From an uncultured Bacteroidales bacterium (lineage in GTDB: Bacteria > Bacteroidota > Bacteroidia > Bacteroidales > WCHB1-69): a DNA stretch of 64,000 nt. The position numbers and the translations under genes were made by a program. Positions 45,809 through 55,699 of the stretch are shown here, piece by piece. Location of the stretch: positions 8,754 to 72,753 of the forward strand of contig CAMVIT010000002.1 in the NCBI GenBank assembly GCA_947167635.1, read 5' to 3'. Every line of letters begins with the position of its first letter. Positions within the stretch are counted from its first letter, which is position 1. Under the pieces are notes generated by a model that ran no database searches, was not told the origin of the DNA, and was given only the letters and a program-made list of their open reading frames with translations.

Positions 45809-48800
45809 TTAAATGAGTTCAATATTAAATGGTATGGGCAATTCCAGGTTTTTCAACAGGAGTTCGGGATTGACATTGGTCGTGAAATTGGTGAAATCGG
45901 AATAGAAGACCCCGCCTTTTTCCACGATGCGTAGGGAGAATGGCACATTCCCTTTGTATTTCTTGAGCTGGTCGTTTAGTTGTATGGCAATTTCCGGATA
46001 GATATCAGCGATGCCGACAACGATACGCATCTCGTGGCAGAGTTTTTCATAGGCATCTTCCAACCAGATGATTTCGATGGGTTCGACATCGACGCGAACA
46101 GTTTCTTCTTTGGTTTCCGGGTTCCACCATGTCTTGGTTTTGAGGCGAGCCCTGATGAACAGGCGCTTGCCGTTTTCGAAAAGGTGCTTGAATTTGGCGT
46201 ATTCCTCGCCAAACAGATTCCATTTCCACGATCCCTCGTAATCTTCCAGATTGATGACCCCGAATTCGTTCCCCTTCTTGGTGAGGCGAGTGACAGCCTC
46301 TGTCACGACGGCCACGAAGGAGAATGCTTTCCCCGACACGAATTTGCTTTTCATGTAGTCGAGATCGGAGACTTGCGACAGGTTGACGGTCGAGAAGTTT
46401 TGGATGATGGGTTTGTATTCGTCCAGGGGATGTCCGGAGATATAGAAGCCGGCGACCTCTTTTTCATACTTGATTTGTTCATAGCTGCCCCACGGCTCGC
46501 AAGACGGGAAGTCGATGTGCTCGTTTTCCTGCACGCTCTCGTCCATGTCAAAGATGGAGAATTGGGAGGCATCGCTGTGCGTGCGGGTAGTGTAGGTGAT
46601 GAGTTTGTCCAGGAAGGTAGGGCCGCCCTCCTTCTCTGTGTGGAAAAATTGTGCGCGGTGAATATCCTTGAAGCTGTCGAAAGCTCCTCCCTTGGCGAGG
46701 GTCTCGATGCAGCGTTTGTTGCAGCTGCGCAGATCCACGCGGTCGAGGAAGTTGAAGATGTCCTTGTAAGGTCCGTGGGCAAGGCGCTCCTCCACGATGC
46801 TGTTGGCGGCACTGTTGCCCACGCCCTTCAAAGCGGCCAGACCGAAACGGATGTTGCCCGTTTGGTTGACGGTGAAGGTTTGGTCGGACTCGTTGATGTC
46901 GGGAGCCAGTACATGGATGTTCTTTTTGAGGGCGTCCTCGATGAAGGTGCTGATGGTCTCGATGTCGCTGATGCTGTTGGTAAGGTTGGCCGCCATGAAC
47001 TCGGCACGGTAATGCGCCTTGAGATAGGCGGTTTGGTATGCCACCCAGGAGTAGCAAGTGGCATGCGACTTGTTGAAAGCGTATGAGGCGAATTTCACCC
47101 AATCGCCCCATATTTTTTCCAGAACCTTGGGATCATGGCCATTGGATGTGCCCTGCTCAATGAATTTCGGCTTGAGTTGTTCCAACTTGTCGCGCTGTTT
47201 CTTGCCCATGGCCTTGCGTAATGTGTCGGACTCGCCACGGGTGAAATTGGCCAACAGGCGAGACAGAAGCATCACCTGCTCCTGATAGACCGTGATGCCA
47301 TACGTGTCGTGGAGGTATTTCTCCATGATGGGAATGTCGTATTGGATCTCTTCTGTGCCCTGCTTGCGGCGGATAAACTGTGGAATGTAGTCCATGGGGC
47401 CGGGGCGATAGAGGGCATTCATGGCGATGAGATCCTCGAACTTGCTGGGCTTTAGCTCCTTGAGATATTTCTGCATACCCGCTGATTCAAATTGGAATGT
47501 GGCCACGGTATCACCGTCGCAGAAGAGTTGGTAAGTCTCGGGATCATCGAGCGGAATATTGTCAATGTCCACGACGATGCCCTTCGATTTCTTGATGTTG
47601 GAAAGGGTCTCCTTGATGATGGTGAGCGTCTTGAGTCCCAGGAAGTCCATCTTGATGAGCCCGATGTCCTCCACGACAGAGCCTTCGTATTGGGTGACGA
47701 GGATATCCTGCTTGGACTCCTTGTCTTCGACGGTTGCGAGCGGGGCGAACTTGGTGAGGTCGTCGGCACCGATAATGACACCGCAGGCATGGATGCCGAT
47801 TTGCCGGACGGTGCCTTCGAGCTGGGAGGCGTAGGTGAGCACCTCCTTGACCGCCTCGCTGCCGTTATTGTATTCGTTTGCCAATTCGGGGACCATCTTG
47901 AGGCAGTTTTTGATGGTGACTTTGGGGGCCTTGCCCGTCTTGGGATCCTCGGGCAGGCGCACAGGGATGAGCTTCGCGAGCTGGTTGGAGAGTTGCAGGG
48001 GCAGGTTTTGCACGCGCGCCACATCCTTGATGCTCGACTTGGCGGCCATCGTGCCGTAGGTGATGATGTGCGCGACACGCTCCTTGCCATATTTTTGCGT
48101 AATCCAGTCAAGGATCTTATAACGCCCGTCGTCATCGAAGTCCACATCGATATCGGGGAGGGAAATTCGGTCGGGGTTGAGGAAACGTTCAAAAAGGAGG
48201 TCGTATTTGAGGGGGTCAACGTCGGTGATCTTGAGGCAATAGGCGACCACGGAGCCGGCTGCGGAGCCACGGCCCGGCCCCACAGAGACCCCCATGTTGC
48301 GGGCAGCAGCGATAAAGTCCTGCACGATTAGAAAGTAACCGGGGAAGCCCATGTTTCGCATCACGTCCAACTCGAAGTCGATGCGTTCCTGGATCTCATC
48401 GGACAAGGGGTCGCCATACCGTTTGTGGGCCCCTTCCATGGTCAGTTTACGCAAATAGTCGGACTCCAATTTGATGCGATAGACGCGTTCATAACCGCCC
48501 AACCGTTGGATACGCCCCTCGCCATCTTTGTCGGCTTCGAACTCTTTTTCCAGATCTTCATGCGAATATTGTTGTGTATAGCTCTCCACCGTGCCGAACT
48601 CCTGTGGAATGTCGAATACCGGCATGATAGGGGGGTGCTTCAGCTTGAAAGTCTCCACCTTGTCCACAATCTCCTGTGTGTTGGCGAGAACTTCCGGAAT
48701 GTCGGCAAATATGGCGGCCATCTCATCAGGGGTTTTGAGCCATTCCTGCTTGGTGTAGTGAAGACGGTCGGTGTCGGTATATAACTTGCCGGTGGAAAGG

Positions 48801-49627
48801 CAGATCAGCCGGTCATGGGCCTCGGCATCCTCTTCGTTCACAAAGTGGGCGTCGTTGGTGGCGATCACCTTGGTGCCGGTTTCCGCCGCGAGGCGGAGGA
48901 TGCCTTCGTTGACGATTTTCTGTTGTTCATACACGGAACGGTCACCGCCGGGCTTGTCTGTCTGGTGGCGCTGCACCTCGAGGTAGTAGTCGTCGCCGAA
49001 GATGCCTTTGTACCACAGCACTGCCTGCTTGGCCTTCTCGTAGTCGCCGTTCTTCAGGGCGCTGGGGATTTCGCCGGCAAGACAGGCCGAGGAGACGATG
49101 ACACCCTCGTGGTATTGCTCGAGCAGGGAGCGGTCGATGCGCGCTTGATAGTAGAAGCCGTCCACCCATGCGGAAGAGATCATCTTGCACAAGTTGTGAT
49201 ACCCAGTTTCATTCTTGGCCAAGAGGACAAGATGGTAGCCACGACCGTTTTCTTTTTGCTCGCGCACGAGACGGCTTGCTGATGGGTTTGTGCTTGTTTG
49301 GCGCGCCACGTATGCCTCGCAGCCGAAAATAGGCTTGAAGATGCGTGCGTGCGCGGCAGCCAGTTTCGCTTCGGCCTCCTCACGAAGCCCTTTCTCGTTG
49401 ATGACGGCAAGATTTTGCTCCAACGTCGCTATATGCTTGAGCGTCTTTCCGTTCAACTTGTCCACATAATCGAAAAACTCTTTGATGCCAAACATGTTGC
49501 CATGGTCGGTTATCGCAAGGGCATTCATCCCGTTGTCCAGACATTTGTCCACAAGGTCTGGGATCTTGGACATGCCGTCCAATATGGAATATTGTGTGTG
49601 TACATGTAGATGCGTGAAAGTGCTCAT
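45809..49627 (-). CDS. dnaE: DNA polymerase III alpha subunit
   Basis: HLHVHTQYSILDG, ITDHGNMFG, GPGRGSAAGS, FERFLNPDR...PDIDVDF, KMDFLGL, YAFNKSH. Confidence 0.99.
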   Translation of the reverse strand: MSTFTHLHVHTQYSILDGMSKIPDLVDKCLDNGMNALAITDHGNMFGIKEFFDYVDKLNGKTLKHIATLEQNLAVINEKGLREEAEAKLAAAHARIFKPIFGCEAYVARQTSTNPSASRLVREQKENGRGYHLVLLAKNETGYHNLCKMISSAWVDGFYYQARIDRSLLEQYHEGVIVSSACLAGEIPSALKNGDYEKAKQAVLWYKGIFGDDYYLEVQRHQTDKPGGDRSVYEQQKIVNEGILRLAAETGTKVIATNDAHFVNEEDAEAHDRLICLSTGKLYTDTDRLHYTKQEWLKTPDEMAAIFADIPEVLANTQEIVDKVETFKLKHPPIMPVFDIPQEFGTVESYTQQYSHEDLEKEFEADKDGEGRIQRLGGYERVYRIKLESDYLRKLTMEGAHKRYGDPLSDEIQERIDFELDVMRNMGFPGYFLIVQDFIAAARNMGVSVGPGRGSAAGSVVAYCLKITDVDPLKYDLLFERFLNPDRISLPDIDVDFDDDGRYKILDWITQKYGKERVAHIITYGTMAAKSSIKDVARVQNLPLQLSNQLAKLIPVRLPEDPKTGKAPKVTIKNCLKMVPELANEYNNGSEAVKEVLTYASQLEGTVRQIGIHACGVIIGADDLTKFAPLATVEDKESKQDILVTQYEGSVVEDIGLIKMDFLGLKTLTIIKETLSNIKKSKGIVVDIDNIPLDDPETYQLFCDGDTVATFQFESAGMQKYLKELKPSKFEDLIAMNALYRPGPMDYIPQFIRRKQGTEEIQYDIPIMEKYLHDTYGITVYQEQVMLLSRLLANFTRGESDTLRKAMGKKQRDKLEQLKPKFIEQGTSNGHDPKVLEKIWGDWVKFASYAFNKSHATCYSWVAYQTAYLKAHYRAEFMAANLTNSISDIETISTFIEDALKKNIHVLAPDINESDQTFTVNQTGNIRFGLAALKGVGNSAANSIVEERLAHGPYKDIFNFLDRVDLRSCNKRCIETLAKGGAFDSFKDIHRAQFFHTEKEGGPTFLDKLITYTTRTHSDASQFSIFDMDESVQENEHIDFPSCEPWGSYEQIKYEKEVAGFYISGHPLDEYKPIIQNFSTVNLSQVSDLDYMKSKFVSGKAFSFVAVVTEAVTRLTKKGNEFGVINLEDYEGSWKWNLFGEEYAKFKHLFENGKRLFIRARLKTKTWWNPETKEETVRVDVEPIEIIWLEDAYEKLCHEMRIVVGIADIYPEIAIQLNDQLKKYKGNVPFSLRIVEKGGVFYSDFTNFTTNVNPELLLKNLELPIPFNIELI

Positions 49628-49672
49628 ATTCAATGGTTAATTAGGTTTGAACGATTGGAGGAAAAGCGGTTG

Positions 49673-49715
49673 CAAATGTACATTAAAAAATCATAACACC
49701 CATCATTGTGGATAA
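49673..49715 (-). promoter_or_regulatory. dnaE promoter -7 box with an upstream consensus DnaA box
   Basis: TACATTTG (minus, 49673-49680); TGTGGATAA at 49707-49715 reads TTATCCACA on the minus strand. Confidence 0.6.
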
Positions 49716-49822
49716 ATTTAAAAGAGATTTAAAACAGTTTGTTGTACATCCATAAAAATTTTGTATTGCGATTTTAATCACAGTGTTGCAAGATTTTTTT
49801 TAATATTGTTAAAATCGCAGTA

Positions 49823-52800
49823 ATGATGAAGCATACCCTACAACTTTCAAGTACAAAAAGCATCAACATCATGGGCTTAATGCTAACCGTCCTGCTTGTT
49901 TTCAGCAAGTTGTCCGTTTCCGCCCAAGTCACTACGGCATCCATTACAGGCGCTGTCAGTGACGGAAAGAACCCGGTGCCGAACGCTGTGGTGACCGTTG
50001 TGCATGATCCGAGCGGAATCCCTTTCTATGGCATCACTAATGACAAGGGCATTTATGTGATCAACAACATCCTGGCTGGTGGCCCATATACAGTAAGGGT
50101 GGAACGACTTAATTATAAAACACATGTTGTCAAGGATGTGGAAGCCCCATTGGGCGAGACGGCCGTTGTGGACGTGGAGCTTGTCGCCGCAACCAAGCGG
50201 TTGGAGGAGGTTACCGTGTACGGCAACGGATCCTCCATGAACATCAACCGATCGGGTGCGGGTTTGCATCTCACCTCTCATGTGATGGATATGATTCCTA
50301 ATGTGAACCGCACGCTGGATGAATTTCTGAAACTCACCCCACAGAGCTGCTATGCCGAAGACGGATTTTTCGTCGGTGGCGGAAACTACCGCAGTTCCAT
50401 GGTATGCGTGGATGGCGCCAGCTTCAACAATGCCTTCGGTATCGGGTCGAGCCTCCCCGCCGGCGGAACTCCTATCTCCATTGAAGTCATCAACAGGATC
50501 GATGTCAACTTAACCCCCTTCAACGTCCGCCACAGCGGCTTCCAAGGCAGCTCCATCAACATGACCACCAAACAGGGCACCAACCGGTGGAAGGGATCCG
50601 TCTATGATTATTTCTCATGCAGTGCACTGCAAGGCCAGAAGGTTGACAACTACCTGTTGACCAGCTCCGGCACCTTGAACAACACGACGGGGTTCACTGT
50701 GGGCGGACCTCTTGTCAAAAACAAACTTTTCCTTTTCCTTAACGGGGAATATACGGTGGACCACGTTGCCGGAACCTCCATCCAGGCTCGTCCTGACGAG
50801 AGTTACAGCTACGGTGGCAGCACGGGCTATAACCGTCCCACTGTGGCGGAGATGGACAATATCCGACAGTTCCTGAACGACAGGTTCGGCTACGATCCCG
50901 GTCGCTACCACAACTATTCCTTCGAATCTCCCGACTACAAACTTTTCGCTCGTTTGGACTGGCGCATCAACGAATACAATCTGTTCCACATCCGAGTGAG
51001 CCACACCCATGTCGGCGTATCCAAATCCGGTGCATCTTCCATGAGCCCGTTGAGTGGCGACAATATCGAAATTTCCACCGCAGATGGCATTTACACATTT
51101 AACCGCTATTCGGCCGGACGCATTTCGCAGTACGCGATCCCGTTTGAATCGGTGCGTTATAACCAGATCATGGATTTCACCACCGTTGCTGCCGAGCTGA
51201 ACAGCCGCCTGCTCAACGAGCGGAGCGGCAACGTGTTCCGCCTCACCTGGTCGCTGCAGAACGAGCCACGCACCTACATGGGCGGCGACTTCCCGACCGT
51301 GGATATTCTGGAGCCTTACTACGATGTGAATGGCAACAGACAGCTGGCATTCTTCACCACCTTCGGTCCGGACCCGTTCTCTTACGGAAACTTGCGCCGT
51401 GTACACACCCTCAATGCCACCGATGAGTTCACCTATAAGACGGGCATCCATTCCATCCTCGCTGGTTTGCAATTCGAATGGAACAATGTGGTGAACGGTT
51501 TCATGCAGGGCGGTGCCGGCTGGTATGTTTTTGACTCTTGGCAGTCGTTCCTCAACGATGTGAACAATGTGGAGGGGAGCGGCCCGTCATTGTTCATGAT
51601 TACTCACGCGAACAGTGAGAATCCCACTGAACAGGTTTTTCCCACCTTCAACCACATCCAAGTGTCCATGTATGCGCAGGATGAAATTGAATTCAGCAAA
51701 TTCTTCAAATTCACAGCGGGGCTGCGTTTGGAAATTCCGGTCATCCGCTTCTTGCAGGACAACCGGAATGCGGATTTCGAACATGTCGCCGCCGCACATC
51801 CCGGCAGTTCATTTGCCGGTCTCAGCACCGCCAACTATCCTAAGGTCAATTTGAATATCTCGCCCCGCATCGGCTTCAATTGGGACATCACGCACAAACG
51901 CAAGCTCATCCTGCGCGGCGGGACCGGCCTTTTCACAGGACGTATTCCAAATGTATGGTTGGTCAGCGCCATAGGCAACTCAAACTGCCTGCAATACCAA
52001 TACATCGCCAACAACAACACTATGGCCGATGTTCCGGAATTCACTCCAAACAGGGAAGAGATTATCAATAGCATCTATTCCGGCCAACAGGATCTTTCAG
52101 CCCCGACCAACGCCACCATTTTGGCCAAAGACCTGAAGATGCCGACAAGTTGGAAGACCTCCCTTGCCCTTGATCTCCTCATGCCCGGTGACATCAAAGC
52201 CACTCTTGAAGGAATATACTCGTTCAACCTTAATGAAATTTACGCCACTGTACTGGGGTACAAAGAAAACGGCACTTTCGAGTTGCCTGGAGAGCCCGAT
52301 GGACGCACGTCCTATGTAAGCGAGAATATCCTGAACCGGAACGGGGATGTCATGAGCGGCTATTATCTGCACAACGTGAAGGATTTTCACGGGCAATACT
52401 TTTCTCTTTCCGCCCAGTTGGCCAAGCACTTCCGTTTCGGCCTCGACCTTATCGCCGCCTATACCTTAAGTTATGCTACAAACATCACTGACGGGTTGAG
52501 CGACCAAATCTCGGCGTTTGCCAACACACCGACGGTCAACGACTGCAACCGTCCGGAACTGGGCTATTCCGCATTCGTGCCGCCACACCGTGTGATTGCA
52601 AGCCTCGGCTACACCATCAAAGAGGGTGAGCGCACCGCCACCAAGCTCGGAATCTTCTACGAGGGTCTGAATATGGGCTTCTACGGAGGGAAATTCATCA
52701 CCCGATATTCGTATTTCATCAACAATGTCAGCGGATTGGGCTCTCCGCAGCTGATATATATCCCCACGGCCGAAGAGCTGGCCGAGATGCCCTTCTCTTC

Positions 52801-53164
52801 CGAGGAGAACCGAATCGCCTTTGAGAATTACATCAGCGGGAATCGCTATCTGAGCAAGCACAGGGGCGAATATTCCAAACGCAATGGCGGTTTAGCCCCT
52901 TGGGTTAACCGTATCAACTTCAAGGTCGCCCAAGAGTTTCACTTCAAGGCCTCGGGGCATCGGCAAAGCCTCGAAATCGGTGTGGATTTCCACAATCTCA
53001 CCAACCTGTTCTGTAACCGTTGGGGAACCTATAAGATCCTTGACAACAATGTGTTGCTCAAATACGAGGGCAGTGAATACACTTTCACCCAGCCCACATG
53101 GGAGGCCTATAACAATCTCACCTCCACATGGAAGATTTTGTTGCATGTGAAGTATGCGTTTTGA
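49823..53164 (+). CDS. Oar-like TonB-dependent receptor with N-terminal carboxypeptidase-regulatory-like domain
   Basis: QVTTASITG, GGPYTV, DGASFNNAFG, PFNVR.SGF.G..IN..TKQGTN, SPRIGFNWD, RGGTGLFTGR, C-terminal YAF. Confidence 0.92.
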   Translation: MMKHTLQLSSTKSINIMGLMLTVLLVFSKLSVSAQVTTASITGAVSDGKNPVPNAVVTVVHDPSGIPFYGITNDKGIYVINNILAGGPYTVRVERLNYKTHVVKDVEAPLGETAVVDVELVAATKRLEEVTVYGNGSSMNINRSGAGLHLTSHVMDMIPNVNRTLDEFLKLTPQSCYAEDGFFVGGGNYRSSMVCVDGASFNNAFGIGSSLPAGGTPISIEVINRIDVNLTPFNVRHSGFQGSSINMTTKQGTNRWKGSVYDYFSCSALQGQKVDNYLLTSSGTLNNTTGFTVGGPLVKNKLFLFLNGEYTVDHVAGTSIQARPDESYSYGGSTGYNRPTVAEMDNIRQFLNDRFGYDPGRYHNYSFESPDYKLFARLDWRINEYNLFHIRVSHTHVGVSKSGASSMSPLSGDNIEISTADGIYTFNRYSAGRISQYAIPFESVRYNQIMDFTTVAAELNSRLLNERSGNVFRLTWSLQNEPRTYMGGDFPTVDILEPYYDVNGNRQLAFFTTFGPDPFSYGNLRRVHTLNATDEFTYKTGIHSILAGLQFEWNNVVNGFMQGGAGWYVFDSWQSFLNDVNNVEGSGPSLFMITHANSENPTEQVFPTFNHIQVSMYAQDEIEFSKFFKFTAGLRLEIPVIRFLQDNRNADFEHVAAAHPGSSFAGLSTANYPKVNLNISPRIGFNWDITHKRKLILRGGTGLFTGRIPNVWLVSAIGNSNCLQYQYIANNNTMADVPEFTPNREEIINSIYSGQQDLSAPTNATILAKDLKMPTSWKTSLALDLLMPGDIKATLEGIYSFNLNEIYATVLGYKENGTFELPGEPDGRTSYVSENILNRNGDVMSGYYLHNVKDFHGQYFSLSAQLAKHFRFGLDLIAAYTLSYATNITDGLSDQISAFANTPTVNDCNRPELGYSAFVPPHRVIASLGYTIKEGERTATKLGIFYEGLNMGFYGGKFITRYSYFINNVSGLGSPQLIYIPTAEELAEMPFSSEENRIAFENYISGNRYLSKHRGEYSKRNGGLAPWVNRINFKVAQEFHFKASGHRQSLEIGVDFHNLTNLFCNRWGTYKILDNNVLLKYEGSEYTFTQPTWEAYNNLTSTWKILLHVKYAF

Positions 53165-53216
53165 CATAAGGACATTTAATGGTCAGCAGATTGATTTACC
53201 TGATAATTATAAGACA

Positions 53217-54059
53217 ATGGAAAAGTTTTCAAATATTAATCGGAGAATAGTTGTGTTTTTCCTTTTCATCGTGATTGCCTCTTACACGGGAACACTTTCG
53301 GCGCAAACACAAACCATGGACAACCGTGTGTTCCGTGTGAACGATGTCGCGATAACGATGGTGTTTGTGAAAGGCGGGGATCTGCAATTGGGCTGTATTG
53401 AAGAAAGGGATGACAGTTGTCGGGCAGAGGAGGTGCCCTCACATCTTGTGACGCTGCCGGATTATTACATTGGCGAGACGGAAATCACCCAGGCTCAGTG
53501 GATGGCGGTGATGGGACGTGACAATAACCCGAGCTATTGGAAAGGCGACTTTCTTCCGGTGGAGCGGGTGAGTTGGGAGGAGTGCCGGCGTTTCATCATC
53601 CGTCTGAACAAATATCTGGCTGAGGAACTGCCACAGGGTTACCGTTTCGCTCTGCCCAGCGAGGCTCAATAGGAATATGCCGCCCGAGGCGGCACGAAGA
53701 GTGCCGGCACACGCTATTCCGGCAGCAACAACCTGCCGCAGATTGCATGGGTTTATGACAACAGCAACCAGCGAACTCACGATGTAAGGGCAAAATCGGC
53801 CAACGAGTTGGGCATTTTCGACATGAGCGGCAACGTGTGGGAATGGTGCGAGGATTGGTTTGACGAGAACTATTATTCCACCAATTCGGAATGGAATAAT
53901 CCGATGAATGCACAAGAAAGCAGCTACCGCGTGCAAAGGGGTGGCAGCTGGAGCTTTGCGGCGCCATACAGCCGCTGTTCCTATCGCGACCGCGGCAGCA
54001 TCCATTCCCGCTACGAGGACTGTGGCTTCCGCATCGTGCTGGTGCCCAAAAGCAAGTAG
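53217..54059 (+). pseudogene. Secreted FGE-sulfatase (SUMF1/C-type-lectin fold) protein interrupted by an in-frame TAG at 53670-53672
   Basis: MVFVKGG, IGETEITQAQW, PVERVSW, LPSEAQ*EYAARGG (family consensus has W at the stop), NELGIFDMSGNVWEWC, RGGSW, GFR; same frame on both sides of the stop. Confidence 0.88.
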
Positions 54060-54421
54060 CCCTTTTTAAACCCTGATTGACATTACGGCGCAGACCGTAG
54101 CGCCCGCATTCTGGACTGTTCTCCACTACCATAGGCGTCAGCATGCAGATTTTGCGGAAAAATTGCGCCAAATATGATATTTTTGGACGGAATTTTCAGA
54201 AGATTAAACAATTGTTTTTTGTGAAAATGGAATCTTTTTTTAATCTTAACATTGTTGAAAAAGTAGTTTAAACAGTTGGTAATCAACTATTTTTACTGTT
54301 TGTCAAAAATGTTTTTTTTCAATATGGAAAAAACACGGCAGGGTAGGGGGAAGGGTAACGAAAAAAATGTATTTTTGCAGCCTTGAAATAAAAGTGAAAA
54401 ATAATAAAAAGAAATAAAGAG

Positions 54422-54775
54422 ATGAAACAAGAATTGATTCAGTACGTAGAGGACAATTTCATTACGAAACAAGAATTTCCGAAATTCAAGGCTGGTGACA
54501 CCATCACCGTTTCTTATAGAATCGTGGAAGGCTCCAAGGAGCGTATCCAGCAATTCCAGGGCGTTGTGCTCCAAATCAATGGTGCCGGTGCCACCAAGAC
54601 CTTCACGGTGAGAAAGATTTCCGGCGGTATCGGTGTGGAGAGAATCTTCCCCTTCGCAACCCCGATGATTGCTGAAATCAAAGTCAACAAGCGTGGTGTC
54701 GTGCGTCGCGCACGCATTTTCTACCTCCGCAACCTCACGGGCAAGAAGGCTCGTATCAAAGAGCGCAGAGGATAA
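54422..54775 (+). CDS. rplS: 50S ribosomal protein L19
   Basis: [49 protein letters not shown]. -7 box at 54370-54377. Confidence 0.99.
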   Translation: MKQELIQYVEDNFITKQEFPKFKAGDTITVSYRIVEGSKERIQQFQGVVLQINGAGATKTFTVRKISGGIGVERIFPFATPMIAEIKVNKRGVVRRARIFYLRNLTGKKARIKERRG

Positions 54776-54804
54776 TAGAAATCATATCCACCTTGACAAC
54801 TATC

Positions 54805-54843
54805 AAGCGGTTATTTTCGGAAATGAAAGTGACCGCTTTTTTT
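54805..54843 (+). terminator. rplS intrinsic terminator
   Basis: AAGCGGTTATTTTC/GAAAGTGACCGCTT stem followed by a T run. Confidence 0.85.
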
Positions 54844-54871
54844 GTATTTTCGCGGCCTAAAAAGATAACCC

Positions 54872-55663
54872 GTGGCACTACAGCAATCTTTCGAGAAATC
54901 AGGCAATTTCCTGTTCAGGTATCGTGGGCAGATCCCCATTCTCATCTTCCTTTTGGCGATTCCTATCCTTGTCTATAGCAACCCCGACCTCTACATGCGG
55001 CTCTTTGTGGGGCAGCGTCATGTCCTGCGCGTCATCCTTACGGTGGTGGCATTCCTGCTCTCTTTGTCGGGACTGGTATTGCGCGCCTATACGGTTTGCA
55101 CCACCCCAAAGGGCACTTCCGGCCGCAATACCGACAAGCAGGTTGCCAAACGCCTCAACACAGTCGGCATCTATTCTGTTGTCCGTCACCCGCTGTACCT
55201 GGCCAATTATCTCATCTGGGCCGGCATCTTGGTCTTCACTATGAATATCTGGGCCTTTATCATCGTTTCTTTGGTGTATTGGCTTTACTATGAACGCATC
55301 ATGTACGCGGAGGAGGCCTACCTGCGCAGTCAATTTGGCGACGAGTTCGAGGCATGGGCCGACACCGTGCCCGCGTTCATCCCCCGATGGTCCCTTTTTC
55401 AGCGCGGTGAGATGGATTTCTCCTTCAAGACATTTCTCCGTCGCGAACATGCCACCCTCTATTCGACCATATTCTGTTATACCATAGCCGATTATCTGAT
55501 GTTCGTGCTCTCGAATGTGCGCTTCCACGGCTATGTGGTCTCGCTGTCGGCATGGTTGCGCCCGTCGCTCTATATTTTGGCCGCCTGCACGCTCCTTCTG
55601 ATTGCAATACATGTCATCAAACACCATACCCATTGGCTCGACAGTGACGCTGCCAGAGATTGA
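54872..55663 (+). CDS. ICMT-family membrane methyltransferase (lipid A phosphate methyltransferase LmtA-like)
   Basis: GNFLFRYRG, GTSGRNT, GIYSVVRHPLYLAN, YYERIM.AEE.YL, PAFIP; GTG start. Confidence 0.82.
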   Translation: MALQQSFEKSGNFLFRYRGQIPILIFLLAIPILVYSNPDLYMRLFVGQRHVLRVILTVVAFLLSLSGLVLRAYTVCTTPKGTSGRNTDKQVAKRLNTVGIYSVVRHPLYLANYLIWAGILVFTMNIWAFIIVSLVYWLYYERIMYAEEAYLRSQFGDEFEAWADTVPAFIPRWSLFQRGEMDFSFKTFLRREHATLYSTIFCYTIADYLMFVLSNVRFHGYVVSLSAWLRPSLYILAACTLLLIAIHVIKHHTHWLDSDAARD

Positions 55664-55699
55664 AACTTGAATTATTAACCCATTAAAACCATATTTACA

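Noticed and set aside
45809-49627. Intein or unusual domain in DnaE
   Set aside because: No intein terminal motifs or LAGLIDADG blocks. The short helical inserts in the PHP region look like ordinary lineage-specific insertions.
53670-53672. Genome-wide TAG reassignment or pyrrolysine
   Set aside because: TAG is the natural stop of bS22, the acyl-ligase fusion, mce and the FGE gene itself. I saw no other interrupted genes and no pyl or suppressor tRNA.
54336-54356. G-quadruplex upstream of the rplS promoter (GG-CA-GGG-TA-GGGGG-AA-GGG)
   Set aside because: Only three runs of three or more G, so the support is too weak.
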